A DNA stretch of 64,000 bases. Source: Azolla caroliniana (lineage: Eukaryota > Plantae > Polypodiophyta). The position numbers were made by a program, and so were the translations under genes. Positions 10,167 to 22,258 of the stretch are shown one piece after another. The notes under the pieces were generated by a model that worked only from the letters and a program-made list of their open reading frames with translations, made no database searches and was not told the origin of the DNA. The first letter of the stretch is position 1. Every line of letters starts with the position of its first letter. The stretch covers positions 23,064,001 through 23,128,000 of the forward strand of contig JBHGNT010000006.1 of NCBI GenBank assembly GCA_043228905.1, given 5' to 3'.

Positions 10167-13100
10167 TGTCCTGAACTCAATGCTCCTTATGCACAACGCT
10201 CGGCCACAACCGAGCTTAGAATCATACACAGAAAAACAGGAAACGAAAAAAAACACGACACAAAGGAGAGAAAAGGTGCACAGGATGTTTACGTGGGAAA
10301 CCCAAACTAAGGGAAAAACCACGGCAGCCCACAGGCTGCAAACTATCACTATGTTGGAATGTACAAACAGTGAGTTCACGGAGGCAACAAACTCGTGCTC
10401 ATGATCTTCGCCACAGGCGGCGGTTACAACAGAGGCACCGATCTCTTTCTTTCTCTCTCTGTACATTGTCACGTGCTCTCTCTTCTTCTTGCACCAACAA
10501 GAAAAATGACAACAACAGTTACTATAAGTTTGCCCTAAGTCATATTTATACTAATATGACTTTTCGGCTATTTACAAATATAGCCTTGATGGGCTCTCAG
10601 AAACATATTTACGAATATGTCTCTTCGTCCGGTGAGCATTCCTCATCGGGTCAACACCATCTGGCTCTCCGTAGTCGGGTACTTCTCATCCGGTTCTCAC
10701 CGGGTCTGCACCATCCGGCTCTCCATAGCTAGGTACTCCTCATCCGGATCTCACCGGGTCTGCACTATCAGGCTCTCCGTAGCCGGGTACTCCTCATCCG
10801 GATCTCACCGGGTCTACACCATCCGGCTCTCCGTAGGCAGGTAATCCTCATCCGGATCTCACCGGGTCTGCACCATCCGGCTCTCCGTAGCCAGGTACTC
10901 CTCATCTGGTTTCGGCCTTGGCCTATCGGCCTCGGCCGGGTTTGTTTATCGACACTGTTCTTCTCTCTTCCCATCCGGAGGGACCTGTCTCCCAACAAAC
11001 TCCCCCTTCACTCCGGCATGGGGTGTCTTACCAGTCCGATCCGCTTCCGGCATGCATCCAGCTTGTCGGGTATTAGAACTTTGGTCAGCATATCTGACCC
11101 GTTCTCGGCCGTGTGGATCTTCAACAGTGCGAACTCCTGGTCATCTACTCTTTCCCGGATCCAGTGATACCTTCGCTGGATATGCTTCATCTGGGAATGG
11201 TAGGCCGCATTCTTAGCAAGGTGGATGGCACTTTGACTGTCGCAATAGAGCCGGTATTCATCTTGCCGCATACCGAGCTCTCCGATGAAGTCCTTCATCC
11301 ATAATATTTCCTTGCCAGCTTCCACAGCCGCCATGTACTCCGCCTCCGTGGTTGATGATGCAACCGTCTTCTGCAGCCTCGACTGCCATGAAACATCTCC
11401 CCCTGCATATACCATTACATACCCGGATGTAGACGGCTGGTATCCACATCAGTCGACATGTCCGAATCGGTAAAACCGTCAAGTTGAGGTTTTCCGGAGC
11501 CGAATCGGAGACACATATTTGAAGTGCCCTTCAAATACCGGAGTATCCATTTGACCGCGTTCCAGTGCTCCTTGCCGGGATTGCTCATGAACCGGCTCAC
11601 CACTCCGACTGCGTATCCTATATCCGGTTGGGTACACACCATTGCGTACATCAAGCTCCTGACGGAAGAGGCATATGGAATCTTCATCATATCTGCCTTC
11701 TCTACTTTCGTCTTCGGGCTTTGCTTACCGGATAGCCTGCAGTTTGCCGGAAGTGTCGATCCGACCGGTTTCGCTTCTGACATGTTGAACCGATGAAGCA
11801 CCTTTGTCACATACTTCTCCTGTGACAACCATAATTGCTTCTTTGACCGGTCCCGAATGATGTGCATCCCCAACATCTGTCTTGCCGGACCCAAGTCTTT
11901 CATTCAGAAGGTCCGGTTGAGAGCCTTCTTCCGCATCCGTATTTTGACTTGGTCACGTCCGACGATCAACATGTCATCCACGTACAGAAGGAGTATCAAG
12001 AAGTCGCCTCCTTTGAACTACTTCACAAACACGCAGTGATCGGCCTGCGTCTTGTGGTACCCTTGATCGGTCATGAAGGAATCGAACTTCCGGTACCATT
12101 GTCGGGGAGCCTGCTTTAGTCCGTACAAGCTCTTCTTCAACTGGCATACCAGGTGCTCCTTCCCTTTCTCCACAAATCCCTCCGGTTGCTGCATGTAGAT
12201 CTCCTCTTTGAGGTTGCCGTGAAGGAATGTCGTCTTCATGTCGAGCCGCTCTACCTCAAGGTCCATGCTTGCTGCTATACTCAGCACCGTCCGGATGGAG
12301 GTCAGCTTTACAACCGGGGCAAATATCTTGTCGAACTTCACGCCCTCCTTTTGCTTGAACCCCTTCACCACGATCCTGGCTTTGTATCTCGGGGGGTTGC
12401 CGGCATCTCCCGGTTTCAACTTGTACACCCACTTGTTTCGGAGTGCCCAATTTCCTTTCGGCAACTCCACCAATTCATACGTATGGTTCTCATGCAGGGA
12501 ATCCATCTCATCCTGCATGGCACTTAACCATTTGCGGCTATGGGTGTCATCGTTCGCTTCTTTGAAGCTTTCCGGCTCCCCCCCATCGGTCAGCAGCACA
12601 TGCTCTGCATCCGGAAATCTCCGGGGGGCCCTTCTCTCTCTGAGAGGATATCTCCGTCTTTGGGCTTCGGTAGCCAGCTCCTCCATTTGCTCGAGTGCTA
12701 ACCGGTCTCCTGCCGGTTGGGTCTGCTTATCGTAGAGTCGATCCTTACCGGTCGACTCCGAGTTCATTATCTTCTTCTCCAACTCCCAGTCGGCGAGCGT
12801 CTTGTCCTCCATGAAGAGAATATCTCGACTCCGGAATACCTTCTTGTCGACCGGGTCCCACACTCGGTAGCCGAACTCATCGTCACCGTAACCAAGGAAT
12901 ATGCATGGCCGGGTCTTTGGATCTAACTTTCCTCTCCGGTCCTTAGCTACATACACGTACGTGAGACACCCGAACACCTTCAGATGCCGGTAGAAGACTT
13001 CCTTACCGGTCCACACTCTCTTTGGCGTGTCTCCGTCCAAGGGTACTAAGGTTGATCTATTTATCACATATGTCGCCGTCGACAATGCCTCAGCCCAAAA

Positions 13101-13399
13101 CTTCTTGGGTAGTTTTGCATGCGCTCGCATACTCCGGACCCTCTCCATTATGGTCCGGTTCATCCTCTCGGCCAGTCCGTTTAGTTCCAGCGTCTTCGGC
13201 ACGGTAAATTCGAGCCGGATTTCCTTCGAGCGGCAGTACTCCTCGAACTGCCCCCGGTATTCTCCTCCATTATATGCTCGAACTGCCTTCAGCTTCCGGC
13301 CGGTTTCTCTTTCCACTCTCGTGTGGATCTCTTTAAAGACGGATAACACCTGATCCTTCGTCTTCAACGGTGTGGCCCACAGCTTCTAGCTATGGTCAT
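10167..13399 (-). mobile_element. Copia 3' portion (integrase, RT, RNase H, 3' LTR 10167-10997)
   Basis: ORFs 12018-13367, 11415-11903, 11008-11415 with Copia INT/RT/RH motifs (KKSLYGLKQAPRQW, LYVDDM); PPT 11000-11009. Confidence 0.95.
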
Positions 13400-16300
13400 T
13401 GTTGGAAGACAAGTCCCTCCGGATGGGAAGGAAGAAGAATAGTGCCGATGAATCGGCCGAGGCCGAAACCGGATGAGGAGTACCCAGCTACGGAGACCCG
13501 GATGGTGCAGGCCCGGTATGAACCAGATGAGGAGTACCCGACTACGGAGAGCCGGATGGTGCAGGCCCGGTATGAACCGAATGAGGAGTACCCGGCTACG
13601 GAGAGCCGGATGGTACAGACCCGGTGAGAACCGGATGAAGAGACATATTCGTAAATATGTTTCTGAGAGCCCATCGAGGCTATATTTGTAAATAGCCGAA
13701 ATTTCATATTAGTATAAATATGACTTAGGGCAAACTTTTAGTGTGTGTGTTGTCGTCATTCTTCCTTGTTGGTGCAAGAAGAAGAGAGAGTGCGTAACTG
13801 TACAGAGAGAGAGAGAGAGACGAGGTCGTTGCCTCTATTGTAACCGCCGCCTGTGGCGAAGATCGTGAGCACGAGGTCGTTGCCTATGTGAACTCACTGT
13901 TTTGTACATTCTTACATAGTGACAGTTTGCAGCTTGTGGACTGCCATGGTTTTCCCCCTAGTTTGGGGTTTTCCATGTAAACCTCCTGTTAGTGTGTGTA
14001 TATCTTCCTCTCCTTTGTGTCGTGTTTTATTTCCCGTTTTTTTTTTGTATCATTCTATGCTCGGTTGTGGCCGAGCGTCGCGCATAAGGAACGTTGGGCT
14101 CCGGTCAAGTGGTATCAGAGTGAAATCGACACAGAAAATGGACGAATCATTTGGTGGCATGTTCAAGCTCACCGGCTCCAACTATTCAGTATGGAAGTCG
14201 AAGATGAGGGACATGCTCGTTGTTAAAGACCTCTGGTTGCCGGTTCAGTTCGGGGACAAGAGACCGGACAAAATCGACGCCGCGATATGGGAGGTGATGC
14301 ACATGAAGACAACGGCATACATACGGTGCTTCATCGAAATGAGCCTGCACAACAACTTCAATGAAGAGAGCAAGGCTCATGAGCTCTGGGAGAAGATCGG
14401 CATAATGTCCCAAAACAAAAATGTTGTTAATCAGGTTTCGGTATTCCGGAAGCTAGTAAGACTCCGGTACCAAGATGGCTCCAGCATGGCGGAGCATAGG
14501 AATCCCTTCCAGGGGCTGATACACCATGCAACGTCATTGGAAGTACCTCTTGCCGATAACGTCCTAGCGCTACTCCTGCTCGGTTCCCTCCCGGATAGCT
14601 GGGAGACATTGGTTGTCACTTTGGGCAACGCCAGGTCGGAAGGAAAACAGTTATCCCTAGCGAGAGTAAAGTCAAGCTTGCTAGATGAGGAGGCGCGTCG
14701 GAAAGACAAAGATACGAGCTCCAAAGCGCTCCTTACCGAATCGGAACGCGGAAGACATAGAAACCGTAGTCCCCAGAACCGGGAGAAGTCGGGGACACGG
14801 TCAAAGTCACGGGGGAGGCCTACTTGCTTCTATTGCGGCAAGCCGGGACACTTCCAAAAGAACTGTCGGCATTTCCGTAAAGCCAAGGAAACCGACGGTA
14901 CCGATTCGAAGCAAACCCCGAACAGGAACGGTACAGACCGGAACGGTAAAGAACGGAGGGGGCCGGACCGGAAGGGAACGACGGCAATCGCGGCAAGTAA
15001 AGAACAGTTGATGCTCATCACCGAGGAGAGTGAGATAAACCTTGCCGGCGACGAGATGACCTGGGTGGTAGACTCCGGAGCATCGTTCCACCTTACCCCG
15101 GACCGGAAATGCTTCGCATCCTACTCAGCCGGTGACCACGGCTGTGTCCGGATGGGGAATGAAGGTACATGCCGAATTGTCGGCATAGGAGACGTGTGGC
15201 TAACAACACCAACCGGATCCAAGTTGCTACTGAAGGATGTCCGACACGTTCCGGAAGTTCGTCTGAACCTAATATCAGCCGGTCGGCTAGATGATGAAGG
15301 CTACACGGGTAGCATCCGGAAAGGTGTCATGAAGTTCAGCAAAGAGAGCCTGATTGTGGCTCGGGCCCGGAAGGTAAACACACTGTACCTGATGAATGCC
15401 CGTTTTTGTCTAGAAGAATTGAACGTGGCATCCGACACTACCGGTGAGCTATGGCACAAGAGGCTGTGTCATATGAGCGAGAAGGGGATGAAGAGGCTTG
15501 CAGACGACAACCTCATTCCAGTGAAGAACGTGCACTTACAGAAGTGCATTGATTGTCTGGCCGGTAAGCAGAACCGGACCTCCTTCTGACCAAGGCCACC
15601 GATGAGACGTAATGCACCACTGGAGTTGGTGCATACGGATGTGTGTCAAGTAGACATGAAGTCACATGCCGGAGCGCAGTACTTCGTTACGTTCATAGAT
15701 GACCACACCCGGATACTGTGGGCCACACCACTGAAGACGAAGGATCAGGTGTTATCCGTCTTCAAAGAGCTCCACGCGAGAGTGGAAAGAGAAACCGGCC
15801 AGAAACTGAAGGCGGTTCGAGCAGATAACGGGGGAGAATACCGGGGGCAGTTCGAGGAGTACTACCACTCGAAGGAAATCCGGCTCGAATTTACCGTGCC
15901 GAAGACGCCGGAACTAAACGGACTGGCCGAGAGGATGAACCAGACCATAATGGAGAGGGTCCGGAGTATGCTAGCGCCTGCGAAACAACCCAAGAAGTTT
16001 TGGGTTGAGGCACTGTCGACGGCGACATACATGATAAATAGATCACCCTAAGTACCCTTGGACGGAGACATGCCACAGAGAGTGTGGACCGGTAAGGAAG
16101 TATCCTACTGGCATCTGAAGGTGTTCGGGTGTCTCGCTTACGTGCATGTAGCTAAGGACCGGAGAGGTAAGTTAGATCCAAAGACCCGGCCATGCATATT
16201 CCTCGATTACGGTGACGATGAGTTCGGCTACCGAGTGTGGGACCTGGTCGACAAGAAGCTATTCCGGAATCGAGATATTATCTTCATGGAGGACAAGACG

Positions 16301-17056
16301 CTCGCCGACTGGGAGTCGGAGAAGAAGATAATGAACTCTGAGTCGACCGGTAAGGATAGACTCTACGATGAGCAGACCCAACCGGCAAGAGACCGGTTAG
16401 CACTCGAGGAACCAGCCGGTTACGTTGAGGATACCGAACTGGCAGATGAAGAGGTAGATGAAGCTGAGACCGGAACCGGCCAAGACTCCAAATCGGATTC
16501 GGATGAAGAACAAATGGAGGAGCCGGTTACCGAAGGCCGAAGACGGAGATATCGTCTCAGAGGGAGAAGGGCCGCCCGGAGATTTCCGGATGCAGAGCAT
16601 GTTCTGGTGACCGATGAGGGGGAGCCAGAAAGCTTCAAAGAAGCAGAGGTTGACACCCACAGCCGAAAATGGTTAAGTGCCATGCAGGACGAGATGGATT
16701 CCCTGCATGAGAACCATATGTACGAATTGGTGGAGCTGTCGAAAGGAAAGTGGGCACTCCAAAACAAGTTGGTGTACAAGTTGAAACCGGGAGATGCCGG
16801 CAACCCCCCGAGATACAAAGACAAGATCGTGGTGATGAGGTTCCAGCAGAAGAAGGGCGTGGACTTCGACGAGATATTTGCCCCGGTAGTAAAGATGACC
16901 TCCATCCGGACGGTGCTGAGTATAGCAGCAAGCATGGACCTCGAGGTAGAGCAGCTGGACGTGAAGACGACATTCCTTCACGACGACCTCGAAGAGGAGA
17001 TCTACATGCAGCAACCGGAAGGATTTGTGGAGAAAGGGAAGGAGCACCTGGTATGC
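13400..17056 (+). mobile_element. Copia 5' portion (5' LTR 13400-14107, PBS, gag-PR-INT-RT), runs into the gap
   Basis: TGTTGG...GTCA LTR; PBS TGGTATCAGAG 14110-14120 (tRNA-iMet); ATG 14138; CFYCGKPGHFQKNC knuckle, WVVDSGAS protease, HKRLCH..C..C integrase zinc finger; in-frame stops. Confidence 0.95.
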
Positions 17057-17156
17057 NNNNNNNNNNNNNNNNNNNNNNNNNNNNNNNNNNNNNNNNNNNN
17101 NNNNNNNNNNNNNNNNNNNNNNNNNNNNNNNNNNNNNNNNNNNNNNNNNNNNNNNN
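17057..17156. other. Assembly gap (100 N)
   Basis: Run of N; unrelated elements on either side. Confidence 1.
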
Positions 17157-19381
17157 AACTTTTGGACTTGCCTCTTCTTCCTTCGGATCTCGGCTCTCCT
17201 TTCTTTATCATTGGTTGAATCCTCGACCTCTTGTAGCATCTTCCCGATCATCAAGGTTTCCCCCTCGTATTCTTCTTCCCGGAATTCTCGGATCACGTTC
17301 ACTCGGCATATGTGTTCTGACGTGAAGTAGTCTTCGGAAACTTCTTCATTATCTGATTCGGTTATGTCGTCTTCAAACCGCGCCCTCGATAACATGTCCG
17401 CTACCGCGTTGTCCTTCCCCGAGATGTGTCGAACCTCCGGATTAAGTGACTTGACATATGCAATCCACCTTAGCATAGCCACATCCGGTATCGTACAACA
17501 CCGCATCATCCCGAGTATCGGAAGACAATCCGTCTCGATCACCACTTCAGCTCCGATCAAATAATCCCGATCCGATTTTATCGCCGACACGACTCCCCAC
17601 AATTCTCTTTTGATTTGTGCATATCCGCGTTGCCTTTCGTTGAGGACCTTTGCTCCAAATCGAATCGGATACCGCGAACCATCCGAGTCGGCTTGATTGA
17701 TGACCCACCCGATACCGGTTGGACTTGTATCAACCGTTACTATGATTGGCCGCTCGTAGCTTGGCTTCTTAAGTGATTCCGCCCTCCATAGTGTCTTCTT
17801 GAGCTTCCTCATGGCTTTAGTGTGTTCCGGTTTCCACTCGAATGTCTTACCTTTCCGCAACAAGTGATAGAGCGGGTCCGCTATATGTGCATAGTGCGGA
17901 ATCCATATGTGATAGAATGCACACACACCTAGAAACCTTCGGACTTCCGATGTTGACTCACATACTTCCTTCATAGCTTGAATCGCATCGATCTTTGTTG
18001 GTGACGGTCTTCGGCCGTAGGGTCCACATAGATGTCCGACCACCAATATTTCTTCTTGCCCGAATGCCGATTTCTCCCCGGAAAGTGTTAGGTGCACATC
18101 TTCTAGCTTTCGCAACACTTTCTCGCAATCATGAATATGGTCGACCACGAACTTTCGGCATCCCCGATCATCCATAGTCTCATCTTTTTCTTCCACCGCG
18201 CATCCTTTCATCGGAATGTCATCTAGAAACGGCATCGTTATCTCCGGGATGCAATCTCGAAGCACCTTGTTCATCGCGTTCATCATATGTGCAACCGAGT
18301 TTGTCACTCGTTGTGGTAGTGTGCACATTCGAACTAGTCCTATCGGTGTCCGCATGGTAGTGATGTCTCGGCTCTCCACGGCTAGTTGGAATTGGTCATA
18401 CCCCGAGTATAGGTCCCCGATGGAGTATATCGCACGTCCGGCAAAAGCTTCCGCGAATTCGTCCACTATCGGACCGACTCCCGAGTTCCGGATCGTGACC
18501 TTGTTCACCGGTTGCAAGTCTTGGATGAATCGGAGTGACCCATTCTTCTTCGGAACCGTAAACCATCGATTTGAGTACGGAGCACTTGATGGCTCTAGAA
18601 TCCCCATCGCCACCTTCTCCTTGAGCAAGTCGATGACTTTCGGAATATGCGCCCGTGGCACCGGAATCGGCTTCAGGTTCCACGGTACATGATCAATCGT
18701 GAAAATCACCATCGGCTCCACTATCTTTGGATCAATGCATCCGATCTCCCTCGATGTGAACGCGAATGATTTGCCATGTTGCTCCAACATCTCTCGAAAC
18801 CGTTTTTCTTCTTCTTGTAAGAGGAACCCACCTCCACCGATCCGAAGTTTCTTCCGGGTCTCATCTGTGAAGGCATGTCCGATATCCACGGACTTCCGAA
18901 GTGTCGGATCTCCCGAGACTTCTTTCTTCTTTTGTTCGCTATCGGCGGGTAGTGGTCCCGCGGCCGGTTTTACCTTCTTCTCCACGGTCTTGTATTTCGT
19001 ACTTACCATTGCTTCTTCTTTGCGGAGCGCATCCGGCCCCATTTTCGCAACGATCTCGTACATCTCGACCGATTCCACCGGGACTACCCGGTTCCCTTGG
19101 CTTTTATCTTCCGCAAGCTCTTCAAGCCGTTGTAGTGTATTCCCATAGAACACTTCCTCGATCACTCCCACGATTTCTTCGTCTTCTTTTATTATTGATG
19201 CCGACCGTAACTTATCCTCCACTTGTCGGTATTGTTTCTTCATTCCTTCGGTTACGGCCGTGTACGTAGATGCCCCATCCGGGCCGATTCGTACTTGTTT
19301 TGCTCCGAGACTTTTCTTCCTGTGTGGGGTATCAGGGCTTCTCGGACTATCACTTCCCCACTCCGCAACAGTCCGCTTTAA
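17157..19381 (-). CDS. pol (RT + RNase H), in -1 frame relative to gag-PR
   Basis: SAPYSNRWFTVPKKNGSLRFIQDL, GDLYSGYDQF, PFLDDI, VTVDTSPTGIG; frame open from the slippery site at 19381-19387. Confidence 0.9.
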
Positions 19382-21417
19382 AAATCCATTCTCACTTGGG
19401 ACAAGAGTTCCCTCTTGTTCCTTTCGTGATTTGCTGGCACCGTTAGGAATTGGACGGATTGCCCTCCGTTTTGGCTCCGAATTCGCGCAAAAGCCGCACC
19501 ACTATCGAGCACCTTCGTCTCCATCCGTGAAGCCGTGATAAAGGGTTGGCCGAGGATGACAGAATGTGAAACCTCATCCTGCACAAAGAAATTTTGGTCA
19601 ATTTCGACATCCCCGATCTTTACCGTCACATCCGGACAAGCCGCAAATAGGTCTTCTGTCGTTTTCGTGGCTGCCCGAATCTTCCATCCATGGTTGGTGT
19701 TTATAGGCCACTTCCCCTTTCGGTAGAACTCCTTGGACATCAAGTTGATCTCCGATCCGTGATCAATCAATGCTAGCACGGGTTCTTTGATGTTGCCGAT
19801 TCGGACCGGAGTCTCCGTAGTCGCACGTGCCCAGTGTGGCCTTGTATAGTGGGAGTTCGGAATTTCGCCTTCCACTTCGGTGTCGTTCATTGAAACGGTA
19901 TTTGCATTCACCCTTGGAGCATTTTCCTCCGTACTTTGTCTCTTCCTTTTCACGAGATCCACGAGAAGATCGTGAAACTCCTTCTTCGCTATTCCGAGTA
20001 GTTCCCGCAGCGAAAAATCTACCCGGCTATCCAAGATTCTTTCCTCGAACACTCTTTTCAAGTCGGTTTGTTGTTCTTTGTCCGAGGCGAGCTTGAATGC
20101 CGGAGTCGCCTTTTCTTTTCCCTTACCTCCGAAGTTCCAGCTTTCCGGTATCTTCGATGGTCCGGCCGCATCCTCCGTGCGCCGTCGTTTCTCGTCCACA
20201 TACACCTCATGTAATTGACACAGGGCGTATATGCTATTCTTGTCGACAGGGCACTCCCATCCCGTAGCTTCCCGGACGCCTTCCGCGGTGTTTCGGATAT
20301 CGTTGGAGTCGGTTTTCTCGGTGTTTCCTAGCACCTCCGGCCAGAAAGACGCCTTCGCTCCCGTTGACTCCCCGACACATATTCCCGCGGTTGTCGCATA
20401 GTTGCTTCTTGCCGCTAACTCCTCCTCGAGCACCTTCTTCATGCCGCCTTTCCGGAAGTTCGGTCGGAGTGGCTTCCGAGAGTCCATCGAATGAATCCGG
20501 TTTCCCTCGTAGTAGATGAGATCCCGTCGTAGCGCCTCCTTATGGTCGTCGCAATCCCTCCGATCGTGTTCGGCGCTATCGCACCATATGCACCGTCGAT
20601 CCGTATATTTGGAGCTTGTGGGGCGGTCATCCGACTTCTTCACCATCGCGATCTTTAGATTCTCCATCTCCTTCAGCAGCTGCTCCACCGTAGACGCGTC
20701 GACTCCCTTCTCGGCCGTAATCTCCCGAGCCCTCGGTTGATGGTCTTCCAGTCCCGTTCTCGGTTTCGGAATCGGTTCCGAAACCCTCTTTTCTTCGTTG
20801 GCAAGCCATTGCCCCCTCTTCGTGTACCGCGCAACGATATCCCGCACGCTTTCCCATGTTTCAGTGAGGCCGCTTTCGGTGGTCGTGTCCTCAAGAAGCA
20901 CTCCAAGATCTTTCCGGTCCCGGACGTCCACAGCTCGCAAAAACATGATGACTTTGTCCGGTGCAAGAATAGTTTGATCTCTAGCGGACAACCTCCCGAA
21001 CCGACTTTCGAATGTCGAAAACACTTCGAGGACCTTCAGCCCCTTACCTGACGTTTCCACCCAATCCTCGAATCCCCTCCGCGTTGCCTTGGAGGAGTCC
21101 TCGATGGCAAACGTGGTCTTTAACGCCTCTTCGAATGCTTCCCACGTCGGATTTTGTTGTTGCAACCCGTGGATACTCCCTTGAAGCCCGTCGGTCGCCA
21201 CCCGGTTAAAGGATGTCACTTGCAGTCCTTCCGAAGCCCGGCACCGGAGCATCTCCGCCTTGTAGTCCTGCAAATATCGCGACACATCCTTACCATTAAA
21301 TTGCCCGTTGCGTTGCACGAGCCGCTCTACTGATGCCGAAATCTCCGACATCGTGCGTTGTTCTTGAAGCATCCGTTCGAACATCGCCATCATATTGTTA
21401 GCTTGTTGAGCCTCCAT
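19378..21417 (-). CDS. gag-protease
   Basis: First ATG after the PBS at 21417 (MEAQQ...); CIWCDSAEHDRRDC knuckle; ALIDHGSEINLM aspartic protease; ILGQPF. Confidence 0.9.
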   Translation of the reverse strand: MEAQQANNMMAMFERMLQEQRTMSEISASVERLVQRNGQFNGKDVSRYLQDYKAEMLRCRASEGLQVTSFNRVATDGLQGSIHGLQQQNPTWEAFEEALKTTFAIEDSSKATRRGFEDWVETSGKGLKVLEVFSTFESRFGRLSARDQTILAPDKVIMFLRAVDVRDRKDLGVLLEDTTTESGLTETWESVRDIVARYTKRGQWLANEEKRVSEPIPKPRTGLEDHQPRAREITAEKGVDASTVEQLLKEMENLKIAMVKKSDDRPTSSKYTDRRCIWCDSAEHDRRDCDDHKEALRRDLIYYEGNRIHSMDSRKPLRPNFRKGGMKKVLEEELAARSNYATTAGICVGESTGAKASFWPEVLGNTEKTDSNDIRNTAEGVREATGWECPVDKNSIYALCQLHEVYVDEKRRRTEDAAGPSKIPESWNFGGKGKEKATPAFKLASDKEQQTDLKRVFEERILDSRVDFSLRELLGIAKKEFHDLLVDLVKRKRQSTEENAPRVNANTVSMNDTEVEGEIPNSHYTRPHWARATTETPVRIGNIKEPVLALIDHGSEINLMSKEFYRKGKWPINTNHGWKIRAATKTTEDLFAACPDVTVKIGDVEIDQNFFVQDEVSHSVILGQPFITASRMETKVLDSGAAFARIRSQNGGQSVQFLTVPANHERNKRELLSQVRMDF

Positions 21418-21433
21418 CTCCTTGCCACCCGTC

Positions 21434-21451
21434 TTCACGTCGGGTTCACCA
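21434..21451 (-). promoter_or_regulatory. Primer-binding site complementary to tRNA-Trp(CCA)
   Basis: Plus strand TTCACGTCGGGTTCACCA matches the 3' end of plant cytosolic tRNA-Trp including CCA (from memory); lies next to the LTR end. Confidence 0.85.
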
Positions 21452-21992
21452 ACTGTGTCGTGCCTTTCGGCTCCGGATCGTTGCGTGAGTCGGGTGGGAA
21501 CCACAGAGGTCTTGGACTAGGAGAAAGAAGTTCGTGAGATAGAGATTAATTATGAATAAATAGCGAAGAGAAAGATAAGAAAAATCGTGAATCACACGAG
21601 TATACTATATTAATTGGTACTTAGGGTGTTAAGAGAGAAGTAGATGTATAAATCGTGAATCCCACGAATAATTTTTGTATTGATTAATACTTAATCCAAA
21701 TAATCAACAACCCTTTACATATTTCTCTCCTCCTTATATAAGGAAGGAAGAGCTAAGCATGGCTTCATGCTTTTTTTTTTTTACAAAAAGTGTTCATGTC
21801 CACTAAATGTGCATGTGATGCTTTTTTATTTCCTAAGTATAGGGCTCATGCACGCTAGATGTGCATGAGTTATTTTTAGTGTCTCGTCTTTTTCATATAT
21901 TAAAAAAATACACGATTTACCTTTTAATAAAGGTATGCATAAATAAAGGTCTTATACATATTAAATCTATATTTAAAACACTTAAGATAATT

Positions 21993-22046
21993 TAATGTAA
22001 TGGTAAGGTTGGGGTTTGTCAACGTGGAGGTGCAGAGTTCGAATCA
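21993..22046 (+). promoter_or_regulatory. tRNA-like A-box/B-box cassette inside LTR (antisense to element)
   Basis: TAATGTAATGG...AGTTCGAATCA, starts 43 nt apart. Confidence 0.6.
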
Positions 22047-22092
22047 CGCCCTGCGCAGTAGTGAGTATTTCCTTTTTTTACATTTATGTCTC

Positions 22093-22175
22093 TATGCCGT
22101 TTTTCCTCCTTGCCGGTATGCCGTTTTCTTCCTTGCCGGTATGCCGTTTTCCTCCTTGCCGGTATGCCGTTTTCT
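22093..22175. repeat. ~23-bp tandem repeat in LTR U3 (TATGCCGTTTTCCTCCTTGCCGG, about 3.5 copies)
   Basis: Seen directly. Confidence 0.85.
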
Positions 22176-22258
22176 TCCGGTTCTCACCGAGCACTCCATT
22201 CTCTATCCGGAGGGACAAAAATATAATTTCCACATAGTGTGCAACCTACACTACGACA

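Larger units (their letters stand above)
17157..22258 (-). mobile_element. Ty3/Gypsy element of a fungal-like lineage; 5' LTR 21456-22258, gag-PR, RT-RH, cut by the gap
   Basis: LTR ends TGTCGT...ACGACA; tRNA-Trp PBS; two long open frames; right flank CCGTG continues into the duplicated segment. Confidence 0.92.

Noticed and set aside
16673-19243. 856-aa ORF and other ORFs spanning 17057-17156
   Set aside because: They read through the 100-N gap and join unrelated Gypsy and antisense Copia sequence; only the part from 17157 onward is real pol.
21418-21504. N-terminal extension MVPTRLTQRSG... of gag
   Set aside because: Begins at GTG inside the LTR and crosses the PBS; the likely start is the ATG at 21417.
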